Positions 16,990 through 25,099 of a stretch of DNA of 32,000 bases are shown in pieces; the first letter of the stretch is position 1, and every line of letters begins with the position of its first letter. The DNA is from Archaeoglobus fulgidus DSM 4304 (GTDB taxonomy: Archaea; Halobacteriota; Archaeoglobi; Archaeoglobales; Archaeoglobaceae), in NCBI RefSeq assembly GCF_000008665.1, contig NC_000917.1, positions 1,380,001 through 1,412,000 on the forward strand. Reading direction: 5' to 3'. Under the pieces are notes generated by a model. That model was not told the DNA's origin. It was given only the letters and a program-made list of their open reading frames with translations, and searched no databases. The position numbers and the translations under genes were made by a program.

Positions 16990-17784
16990 TCACTCCCTCC
17001 AGGCAATCAGAACTCCAGCCAGAATCATCGCTCCTCCAATTAGCTGGGTTAAGGTAAGTGTTTCCCCAAAATAAAAGTATCCAACGAGGCCGGCGCAAAG
17101 GGGCTCAATGAGAGCGAGAATCGGGGCCCTCTGAACCTTAACGTACTTCATTCCGTAAGAAAACAGGACAAAGGGAACTGCCGTTGGCACAACACCAAGC
17201 CCAATCGCCCACAGCCAACTGCCTACCCTCCCAAACATCAAAAAATAAGGGAGTAGTGCAGCGGAGCCTAAACCCAAATTGTAGAAGGTGATTCTCCAGG
17301 GAGAGTGCTTTTTTCTCGCCTCCTTCGACAGAACAAAGACGATGGCATAGCTTAAACCTGAGACTATTCCGAAAATGATGCCGAAAGTTAGCTCTGCATA
17401 CGGTGTGAGCATGAGGTAAAGCCCAATGAGTCCCAGAGGGAGGGCGAGTAGAGTTTTTACCTCCACCCTCTCGCCCATCAATACGGAGAGGGGGATTACA
17501 TAAACGGGTGCCATGTAAAGGAGGAGGGCAGCCATCGCAACCTCTGTGCTCTGTATAGCCGCTATGTAGGATGCAACAGTTAGGAAGTTAAAAACAGCGA
17601 GTCCCAGTAACGTTCGGTCTGGTCTGCCGACATCTCTCAGGCAGAAAGGCAGAACTGCGAGAAATCCGAAGAAAAGCCTGAGAAAGGTTACGGAGAGCGT
17701 ATCTCCCCCAACGTTCCTGACGAAGACCGAAACAGTTCCCATAAGAACTGCCGACAGAACTATCGCCGCCTCTCCATATCGCAT
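16990..17784 (-). CDS. EamA/DMT-superfamily transporter
   Basis: Polytopic protein with two EamA halves. I place the start at ATG 17784 (MRYGEAAIVLSAVLMG). The ORF-track extension to 17934 is Ser/Pro-rich, overlaps kptA, and crosses the promoter. Confidence 0.8.
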   Translation of the reverse strand: MRYGEAAIVLSAVLMGTVSVFVRNVGGDTLSVTFLRLFFGFLAVLPFCLRDVGRPDRTLLGLAVFNFLTVASYIAAIQSTEVAMAALLLYMAPVYVIPLSVLMGERVEVKTLLALPLGLIGLYLMLTPYAELTFGIIFGIVSGLSYAIVFVLSKEARKKHSPWRITFYNLGLGSAALLPYFLMFGRVGSWLWAIGLGVVPTAVPFVLFSYGMKYVKVQRAPILALIEPLCAGLVGYFYFGETLTLTQLIGGAMILAGVLIAWRE

Positions 17785-17802
17785 ACATCTAAACCAAACC
17801 AC

Positions 17803-17812
17803 TTTTAAAAAA
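17803..17812. promoter_or_regulatory. Single symmetric TATA element TTTTAAAAAA centred between two divergent start codons
   Basis: The intergenic region 17785-17830 is 46 bp with midpoint 17807.5. The element 17803-17812 has the same midpoint, which is about 23-24 nt from both ATG 17784 (-) and GTG 17831 (+). Confidence 0.5.
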
Positions 17813-17830
17813 CTTTGACCCAATCTATCT

Positions 17831-18481
17831 GTGGACCTCGGAATATGCAAAAGGTGTGGAGAGTTCGAGGGTAGCTGTGAATGCGGCAAGGGAGAGGTTC
17901 TTTTGAAGTCGGAGGATAGAAAGAAGGTAAGCAAGTTTTTGAGCGGTTTGCTGAGGCACTTCGGCAGAGATTTTGGAGTGAGGCTGGACGAGGATGGTTG
18001 GGCTGAGTTGAGGGATGTGTTAAAAATCCTGAGTGAGCGTTACGGTGTTGGGAGGAAGCACGTTGAGCTGATAGTTAAGTTCGACCCTAAGGGAAGGTTT
18101 GAGCTGAAAAATGGTAGGATAAGGGCGAAATACGGGCACAGCGTTGAAGTCAGAACGGACTGGAGCGAGGGTGGAGAGATTCCCGAAAAGCTCTACCACG
18201 CTACATCCCCGGAAAACCTCAACTCAATCCTCAAAACCGGGCTTCTTCCGATGAGGAGGAGGGAGGTGCACATGTGCTCCTCCCCGCAAGAGGCCATTGA
18301 GGTGGGGAAAAGGCACTCATCCAATCCTGTTCTCCTTGAAATTGATGCAAAGGGCTTGATGCAAGATGGGATAGAGGTGAGGAGAAAGGGCAAAGTTTAC
18401 ACCGTCGACTTTGTACCTCCGAAGTTCATCAGGGTTCTCAGTTTTGACCCACGCTCCCCAAACCCGGCAAAAGGTTATTAG
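17831..18481 (+). CDS. kptA: RNA 2'-phosphotransferase (Tpt1/KptA) with N-terminal 4-Cys extension
   Basis: VSKFLSGLLRHFGRDFGVRLDEDGWAEL...LYHATSPENLNSILKTGLLPMRRREVHM is the KptA signature. GTG start. N-terminus is CKRCGEFEGSCEC. Confidence 0.9.
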   Translation: MDLGICKRCGEFEGSCECGKGEVLLKSEDRKKVSKFLSGLLRHFGRDFGVRLDEDGWAELRDVLKILSERYGVGRKHVELIVKFDPKGRFELKNGRIRAKYGHSVEVRTDWSEGGEIPEKLYHATSPENLNSILKTGLLPMRRREVHMCSSPQEAIEVGKRHSSNPVLLEIDAKGLMQDGIEVRRKGKVYTVDFVPPKFIRVLSFDPRSPNPAKGY

Positions 18482-18502
18482 CCATGGGGAAGTAGGGGTT
18501 GC

Positions 18503-19405
18503 ATGTACGATGTCGCAATAATTGGAGGGGGCCCTGCTGGATTAACCGCTGCACTTTACTCAGCAAGATACGGCCTGAAGACTGTATTCTTTGAAACTGT
18601 CGATCCGGTATCACAGTTATCGCTCGCCGCAAAAATAGAGAACTACCCCGGCTTTGAGGGCAGCGGCATGGAGCTTCTTGAAAAAATGAAGGAGCAGGCG
18701 GTAAAGGCTGGGGCGGAGTGGAAGCTGGAGAAGGTTGAAAGGGTGGAGAGGAACGGAGAAACTTTCACGGTTATTGCGGAAGGAGGGGAGTACGAGGCTA
18801 AGGCGATTATAGTTGCAACTGGAGGAAAGCACAAGGAGGCCGGAATTGAGGGGGAGAGCGCCTTTATCGGCAGGGGCGTGAGCTACTGCGCCACCTGCGA
18901 CGGAAACTTCTTCAGGGGCAAGAAGGTGATTGTCTACGGCAGCGGGAAGGAGGCCATTGAAGACGCAATTTACCTGCACGACATAGGCTGCGAGGTTACG
19001 ATCGTCTCCAGAACGCCTTCATTCAGAGCGGAAAAGGCTCTCGTAGAAGAAGTGGAGAAAAGGGGGATTCCGGTCCACTACAGCACCACTATCAGGAAGA
19101 TAATCGGCTCCGGGAAGGTTGAGAAAGTCGTTGCATACAACAGGGAGAAAAAGGAGGAGTTCGAAATCGAGGCTGATGGCATCTTTGTCGCGATAGGCAT
19201 GCGACCCGCCACCGACGTCGTTGCTGAGCTTGGAGTGGAGAGGGACTCAATGGGTTACATTAAGGTCGACAAGGAGCAGAGAACCAACGTTGAGGGTGTT
19301 TTTGCTGCTGGTGATTGTTGCGACAACCCGCTTAAGCAGGTCGTTACAGCCTGCGGGGATGGGGCAGTTGCAGCCTACTCAGCATACAAGTACCTCACCT
19401 CCTAG
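18503..19405 (+). CDS. trxB: Thioredoxin-disulfide reductase homologue (low-Mr TrxR type)
   Basis: FAD motif IIGGGPAGLTAA, redox-active CATC (18887-18898), and C-terminal FAAGDC. The NAD(P)H-domain motifs are atypical (see findings). Confidence 0.9.
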   Translation: MYDVAIIGGGPAGLTAALYSARYGLKTVFFETVDPVSQLSLAAKIENYPGFEGSGMELLEKMKEQAVKAGAEWKLEKVERVERNGETFTVIAEGGEYEAKAIIVATGGKHKEAGIEGESAFIGRGVSYCATCDGNFFRGKKVIVYGSGKEAIEDAIYLHDIGCEVTIVSRTPSFRAEKALVEEVEKRGIPVHYSTTIRKIIGSGKVEKVVAYNREKKEEFEIEADGIFVAIGMRPATDVVAELGVERDSMGYIKVDKEQRTNVEGVFAAGDCCDNPLKQVVTACGDGAVAAYSAYKYLTS

Positions 19406-19955
19406 TCCCCACCCCTTTATTTCATGTGGAGCTTGAGAATAATATTGGTTGTTTAAGATTTGCCGGAGGTTTCTTGGTATTTTGGCTCTTTTTTGAGTTG
19501 AAGTGAACAGAATTTTTTGTGCCTTGATGCGAGCTGATGCAGCGAGGTTCCGAGAGGTTGTATTCCCCTGCGCGCTTCTCCAAAACCACCCACACCAATT
19601 CCCACATGTTCTCGCCCGATTGGAGTTTTTTGCTCCACCAGACCAAAGAAATTGTTTACTCCTGCCAAGAGTATTAGTGAAGCGGAGTTTAGCGGCAAAA
19701 GAGCCTAGTAAGGTGAATTTTCTTAGCGTGAATTTACGAAAAGAGCTTCATGAAGAGGCGAAATCCTCAAAAAAAACTAATCTAAAATAGCCTAGCCATT
19801 TACCCGAATTCAAAGGGCTTAGCAGCTTTTAAAAACAAGCCCTGCTCTCGAACCTTCAGAGGGGCTGCCCAATTCAAACAATTAGCAAACCAAACGCCCA
19901 GCCCCTTATTTCCACTGCAGAATAGCTTTTATTCATGCAAAGCCTGATTGGCTTG

Positions 19956-20759
19956 ATGAGACCCGAGACCGGAAAAAAGCTCGAAAATCTAAATCACTTT
20001 ATCCAACAGTTCGAAAAAGTTCTAATCGCCTTTAGCGGTGGTGTTGACAGCTCGACACTCGCTGCAGTCTGCTCTAACGCTGGAGTGGAGGTTCTCGCTG
20101 TAACCGTTCTCTCCAGCGTTTCACCGAGAAGAGAGATGGAGGAGGCAAAACGAATAGCGGAAGAGCTAGGAGTCAGACACGAGTTTCTGAAAATTGACTT
20201 AATGGACGAAGACTTCAGAAGAAACGACGAGAACAGGTGCTACTACTGCAAAAGAAGGGTTCTGAGCGCTCTCGTTGAAGAGGCGAAGAAGAGGGGTATT
20301 GAAGTCGTTCTGGAGGGAACGAATGCAAGCGATTTGTCTGACCACAGACCCGGCTACAGGGCGGTGAGAGAGCTTGACGGAGTTAACAGTCCATGGGTGG
20401 AGTTCGGAATAACAAAAGAAGAAATCAGAGAAATTGCCCGAAGCATGGGCTACTCCTTCCACGACAAGCCCTCCATGGCCTGCCTTGCTTCAAGAATCCC
20501 CTTCGGAATTGAAATAGATGAGGAAAAGCTGAAAATGGTCGATGAGGCTGAAGAGGCAGTTATTGAGCTTGCCGGAGTTAAGCAGGTGAGGGTTAGAAAC
20601 TACGATGGCGTTGCAGTTGTAGAAGTTGCTGGTGACGAGCTGAGGAAGTTGCTGAACTGCGCTGAAAAAGTCAGGGACAAGCTCAAGAAAATTGGATTCA
20701 GAGCTGTTCTGATCGACCTTGAGGGATACAGAAGTGGAAAAAGGCTTTTTAAGTTTTGA
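19956..20759 (+). CDS. larE: LarE-family PP-loop ATP-dependent sulfur transferase (COG1606)
   Basis: PP-loop LIAFSGGVDSSTL and the conserved Cys context PSMACLASRIPFG. ATG 19956 fits the TATA-like agcttttattc (19924-19934) and the usual N-terminal length. The alternative start is ATG 19935. Confidence 0.8.
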   Translation: MRPETGKKLENLNHFIQQFEKVLIAFSGGVDSSTLAAVCSNAGVEVLAVTVLSSVSPRREMEEAKRIAEELGVRHEFLKIDLMDEDFRRNDENRCYYCKRRVLSALVEEAKKRGIEVVLEGTNASDLSDHRPGYRAVRELDGVNSPWVEFGITKEEIREIARSMGYSFHDKPSMACLASRIPFGIEIDEEKLKMVDEAEEAVIELAGVKQVRVRNYDGVAVVEVAGDELRKLLNCAEKVRDKLKKIGFRAVLIDLEGYRSGKRLFKF

Positions 20760-21091
20760 GTTCTTGGCTGAATTGGCCACCCGTGTGCAGAAGGCCAACG
20801 GAGGTCTCAAGTTGACTTTTTTGAATGCAACTGTCGCGTTAATCGGAAATTTCGACCATTCCGCTGGCTTTTTAATTCTAAGGTTTAAGCTGCATCCACG
20901 CAAAAAAATAGCATGTGAGCCTGAATGAATATAAAGGGGAAGCATCAATTTTGCTCAAAAAATTTTAATAACCTATAGTTTTTCACAATTCAACTTGGCT
21001 TTTCTCCTTAACTAATGGATAGTTCTAAATTACCTCTGAGTAACAATCAAGGAAAAAGCTTATTAATGACTTTAACCACTTCTTTTATAAA

Positions 21092-21595
21092 ATGTCGGAA
21101 AGAGACATTCTGATAGAAAGGCTTGAAAGGAAGCTTGCCGAGAAGGAGAGAGAGTTGGTGGAGCTGAGAAGAATGAACAGGGAGGAGCTTGAGAAAATAA
21201 AGAGAGAGATTGCGATGGAGGCCAAAGAGGAGGTTTTGAGGGAGGTCCACAAGCTATTGCAGAACTCCCAGATTCAAAGGCTTTCTGAAGTCGATTCGAA
21301 AATCGTTGAGCTGAGAAAGGCCATGGAGAGCATAATCACCGAGCTTGCTTACATTAAGGGGGAGCTAAAAGGTCTTCAGGAAAAAGGCGAAAGCAAAGTA
21401 GAGAGAAAGGAGATTATCGAGGAAAAAATTCAGAAAGCCATGGTCTTTGAAAATGAACCCCTTTACTTGGAGGAGAAAGAAGAGAGAAAACCAGCCAAGG
21501 AGAGCAAAAGACGTGAGCACGACGTAATCATCCCCGAAGGCAAGAAAGAAGAGAGAACAGACGATGGGGAGGATGGGTTGATAGTTTGCGATTAG
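21092..21595 (+). CDS. Hypothetical coiled-coil protein, translationally coupled to smc
   Basis: 167 aa, Glu/Lys/Arg-rich with heptad character (ERLERKLAEKERELVELRRMNREELEKIKREI) and an acidic C-terminus. Stop TAG 21593-21595 is followed 1 nt later by smc ATG 21597. Confidence 0.65.
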   Translation: MSERDILIERLERKLAEKERELVELRRMNREELEKIKREIAMEAKEEVLREVHKLLQNSQIQRLSEVDSKIVELRKAMESIITELAYIKGELKGLQEKGESKVERKEIIEEKIQKAMVFENEPLYLEEKEERKPAKESKRREHDVIIPEGKKEERTDDGEDGLIVCD

Positions 21596-21596
21596 G

Positions 21597-24500
21597 ATGC
21601 ACATCGAGAAAATACGGCTGAAAAACTTTAAATCCTTCGGCAAAAAAGCTGAAATTCCTTTTTTCAAGGGATTTACCGTTATCACCGGGCCCAATGGTAG
21701 TGGTAAGTCAAACATCATCGACTCCATTCTTTTCTGCCTTGGCCTATCCACCTCAACAAAGCAGCTGAGAGCCGAGAGGCTAACAGACCTCGTCCACAAC
21801 GGAAGGAGCGAGGCGGAGGTTGCAATCCTCTTCTCCGAGAATGGAAAGAAGTACGAGATAGCGAGGAAGGTGAAAATTACGGAGAAGGGCTACTACAGCT
21901 ACTACTACCTCAACGGCAAGAGTGTTAGCCTCTCGGAAATTCACAGCTTTTTATCACAGTTCGGGATATACAGCGACGCTTACAACGTGGTGATGCAGGG
22001 AGACGTGACGAGAATAATCGAAATGTCCCCATTCCAGAGGAGAAAGATAATAGACGACGTTGCCGGTATCTCAGAATTCGACGAAAAGAAGGAGAAAGCG
22101 CTGGAAGAGCTTGAGAGAGTTAGGGAGAGCATAGAGAAGCTTGAAGCTGTTATTGCCGAAGTCAACGACAGACTTCAAACTCTGGAAAGGGACAGGAATG
22201 AGGCTATAAGATACAAGGAGATTCTGAGCAAAAAGGAAGAGTACGAAGGCTATTTGAGGGCTCACAACTACCTGACAGCCGTCAAAAGCAAAGAAAAAGT
22301 CGAAAGAGAGCTTGAAAGGCTTGAAAGGCAAAAGGATGAGCTGACAAGCAAGATACCGGAAATCAACGCGAGGATTGCTGAGCTCAATGAGAAAATCAAC
22401 GAGCTTGCCGCTAAAATCTCAGAGCTTGGAGACGAGAGGTCTGCCGAAATTCAATCGAGAATTCTCGAACTAAGCTCGGAGCTTGAATCTCTCAGGAGAG
22501 CGGAAAGATTCTACCTTGATGAGGCCAAAAGGCTTGAGGAGGAGTCTGTAAAGATAATTTCGGAAATATCCAAAATAAAGGAAGAAATGGAGAGCTTGGA
22601 TGGAGAGCTGGAGGAATACGCGATAAAAAGGATTCAGGTCGGAGAGATCGTTGATGAGCTTGCCGCTAAAATGGAGCTGCTGAGGCAAAGGCTGGAGGAG
22701 GTTGACAAAAAGCACAGAGAGCTGAGAGACAGGCTTGTAAGCAGAAAAGAGGAGCTCGAAATGTACAAGGAGAGGAGAGGTGAGATTTTAAGGGAAAGGG
22801 ACAAGCTCATCGAGCTGCTCAGAAGGATAGACATGGACGTTGAGGACATCAAAAACGAGATTGCATCTATTGAGTCCAAGCTAAAGGAGTTTGAGACCGA
22901 GAAGAAGGCCAAACAGGAGGAGGTCTGGAAGCAAGAAGAGGAGCTGATGAGCGCCAAAAAGATGCTCTCTTCAGCTGACAAAAAGCTTTTTGACATAAGG
23001 GCCAAGATTTCCGATGTCGAGGATGAGTTGAAAAAGGCCGAGCTTGAGCTTGCAAAGGTGAAGGCGACGCTCTCCACGCTGAGAACGTACTCAAAGCCGG
23101 TTGAAATTCTCCTCGATGCGAGAAACAGAAGAGAGCTCCCCGGAATCTTTGGGACGGTTGCACAGCTTGGCGAAGTGGATGAGGAGTACGTAGCTGCAAT
23201 TGAGGCCGCTGCTGGAAATGCTCTGCAGTTCGTCGTTGTTGAGACTGAAGATGATGCCGTTTCAGCTATAAACTTCCTAAAGGCGGTAAGAGGGGGGAGG
23301 GCTACCTTCATACCTCTCAGAAGGATAAAGAGCTTCAAGCTGAGCCTTGACAAGTCGATTCTGAAGGAGGACGGAGTTATAGACTTCGCCGTTAATCTCG
23401 TAAGGTGCGATAAGAAGTTCCAGCCTGTCTTCAGGTTTATTTTGAGGGACACGGTTGTTGTTGACAGGATTGAGACTGCAAAAAGGCTGATGGACAGGGG
23501 CTTCAGGTTCGTGACTCTGGACGGGGATATTGTTGAGAAGTCCGGTCTTATGACCGGTGGAAGCGCTGAAAAGAGGGGCATTCTCGTTTCAAGAGAGCTC
23601 TTGGAGAAGGAAAGAATGCTTTCCGATAAAATTTACGAGCTTCAGCGGGAGAAGGAGGGCCTTTTTGCGGAGCTTAACAGGGCTGAAAGCCTGAGGAAGC
23701 AGTACAAGGACGAGGTGGACAGGCTTACGGGAATGATCAGCGAGCTGAGAAACAGAATAAGTCTGCTCGACGAGAAAATAAGAACGGAGAGTGGAAGAAT
23801 TGAGGAGCTGAGGGAGAAGATTTCGCAGAAAAGCAGAGAGAAGGAGAATTACATAAGCTCCCTGAAGGATTACAACTCAAAGCTGGCGGAGATGGAGGAA
23901 GCGATTGGAGAACTTGAGGCGGAAATTGAGGAAATTGAGAGGATGCTCAGGGGCAGCGAGGTGCCGAAAATCGTGGAAGAGCTTGATAAAATTAAGGAGG
24001 AGCACCAGAGAAACAGGGAAATTCTCATTTCCATCGAAAAGAAGATTGAGAGCCTTGAATTCAAGAGAGAGCAGCTTGAAAGCAGCATGCAGGAAAAGCA
24101 GGTGTATCTGGATGAGATAAAGGACAGGATAGACGAAATTCGGAGGACGATTGAAGAGGGGAAGGCCAGAGTGGAGGAGATTAACTCCGAGCTCGAAGAG
24201 CTCAGGAAAGAGGAGAGGGAGCTTGGAAAGGAGCTTAAAGGCCTGAGAAAGGAGAGAGATGAGTTAATAAAGCAGTTGAGAAATGCTGAGGAAGAGAAGA
24301 GGAAAATCGAGGCTGAGATAGACAGGCTTGAGGAGAGGATAAAGCTCCAGAAGGAGAGGCTTGAGATTGCGGAATCTGAGATTGCAGAAATTGGCGAGGT
24401 CGAGGTTCCCGAAAACCTCCCACCGCTTGAAAAAGTTGAGAAGGTTCTTGATGAGGTGTTGGTAGAACTTTCAACATTTGGCGATGTTAACTTAAAGGCT

Positions 24501-25067
24501 ATTCAGGAGTACGAGGAGGTAAAGGCGAGGAGAGATGAGCTTGTTGAGAAAAAGATGGTTCTGGAGAAGGAGAGAGCTGATATTCTGGACAGAATTGAGA
24601 AATACGAGAGAATGAAGAGGGAAATATTTTTTGAGGTCTTCACCGCAATAAACAGGAACTTTGCAGAAATTATAAGGGAGTTGGCCAACGGGGAGGGAGA
24701 ACTTTACCTCGACAGCGATGATCCTTTCAACAGCGGGCTTTACATCAAAGTTAAGCCCAACAACAAGCCCGTGCAAAAACTTGAGTCCATGAGCGGTGGG
24801 GAGAAGAGCCTTGTTGCCCTTGCTTTAATCTTTGCCATCCAGATGTACAAGCCAGCCCCCTTCTATGCCTTCGACGAGGTTGACATGTTCCTTGACGGTG
24901 TGAACGTCGGAAGAGTGGCGAAGATGATAAAGAAGAGGTCGAAGGATGCTCAGTTCATTGTGGTCTCGCTCAGAAAGCCGATGCTTGAGCAGGCCGATGC
25001 GATTGTTGGAATAACACTGGGGAGGGATAACGTATCGCAGGTGACTGGAATCAAGCTGAAAACCTGA
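21597..25067 (+). CDS. smc: Chromosome segregation protein SMC
   Basis: Walker A GPNGSGKSN, two long coiled-coil arms, hinge GIFGTVAQLGEVDEEYVAAIEAAAGNALQFVVV, signature motif MSGGEKSLVALALIFA and Walker B FYAFDEVDMFLD. 1156 aa. Confidence 0.97.
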   Translation: MHIEKIRLKNFKSFGKKAEIPFFKGFTVITGPNGSGKSNIIDSILFCLGLSTSTKQLRAERLTDLVHNGRSEAEVAILFSENGKKYEIARKVKITEKGYYSYYYLNGKSVSLSEIHSFLSQFGIYSDAYNVVMQGDVTRIIEMSPFQRRKIIDDVAGISEFDEKKEKALEELERVRESIEKLEAVIAEVNDRLQTLERDRNEAIRYKEILSKKEEYEGYLRAHNYLTAVKSKEKVERELERLERQKDELTSKIPEINARIAELNEKINELAAKISELGDERSAEIQSRILELSSELESLRRAERFYLDEAKRLEEESVKIISEISKIKEEMESLDGELEEYAIKRIQVGEIVDELAAKMELLRQRLEEVDKKHRELRDRLVSRKEELEMYKERRGEILRERDKLIELLRRIDMDVEDIKNEIASIESKLKEFETEKKAKQEEVWKQEEELMSAKKMLSSADKKLFDIRAKISDVEDELKKAELELAKVKATLSTLRTYSKPVEILLDARNRRELPGIFGTVAQLGEVDEEYVAAIEAAAGNALQFVVVETEDDAVSAINFLKAVRGGRATFIPLRRIKSFKLSLDKSILKEDGVIDFAVNLVRCDKKFQPVFRFILRDTVVVDRIETAKRLMDRGFRFVTLDGDIVEKSGLMTGGSAEKRGILVSRELLEKERMLSDKIYELQREKEGLFAELNRAESLRKQYKDEVDRLTGMISELRNRISLLDEKIRTESGRIEELREKISQKSREKENYISSLKDYNSKLAEMEEAIGELEAEIEEIERMLRGSEVPKIVEELDKIKEEHQRNREILISIEKKIESLEFKREQLESSMQEKQVYLDEIKDRIDEIRRTIEEGKARVEEINSELEELRKEERELGKELKGLRKERDELIKQLRNAEEEKRKIEAEIDRLEERIKLQKERLEIAESEIAEIGEVEVPENLPPLEKVEKVLDEVLVELSTFGDVNLKAIQEYEEVKARRDELVEKKMVLEKERADILDRIEKYERMKREIFFEVFTAINRNFAEIIRELANGEGELYLDSDDPFNSGLYIKVKPNNKPVQKLESMSGGEKSLVALALIFAIQMYKPAPFYAFDEVDMFLDGVNVGRVAKMIKKRSKDAQFIVVSLRKPMLEQADAIVGITLGRDNVSQVTGIKLKT

Positions 25068-25099
25068 GCTTTGAGGACCCCATTGAGATTCTCATTGAG

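Noticed and set aside
17785-17934. A 50-aa N-terminal extension of the EamA ORF in the ORF track
   Set aside because: The extension is Ser/Pro/Leu-rich, crosses the shared promoter and overlaps kptA. The internal ATG at 17784 gives a normal EamA N-terminus with correct TATA spacing.
20490-20948. ORFs of 152 aa (-) and 69 aa (+) at the larE 3' end and in the 330-bp gap before the coiled-coil gene
   Set aside because: They mostly overlap larE in antisense or an alternative frame, have non-protein-like composition and lack start signals. The TTGGCC...GGCCAA hairpin (about 20781-20806) followed by a T6 tract looks like an ordinary terminator region.
22634-23581. A 315-aa reverse-strand ORF, and several others of 60-110 aa, inside smc
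   Set aside because: These are Ser/Leu/Phe-rich low-complexity translations. They are the antisense of GAG/AAG/GAA-rich coiled-coil codons and lie entirely within a confidently identified SMC gene.
25053-25067. Programmed -1 frameshift fusing SMC to ScpA, since the scpA frame is -1 relative to smc and open across the smc stop
   Set aside because: ctg aaa acc tga contains no X XXY YYZ slippery heptamer and I see no obvious downstream structure. A covalent SMC-kleisin fusion is biologically implausible. The observation is kept only as a start-codon problem.
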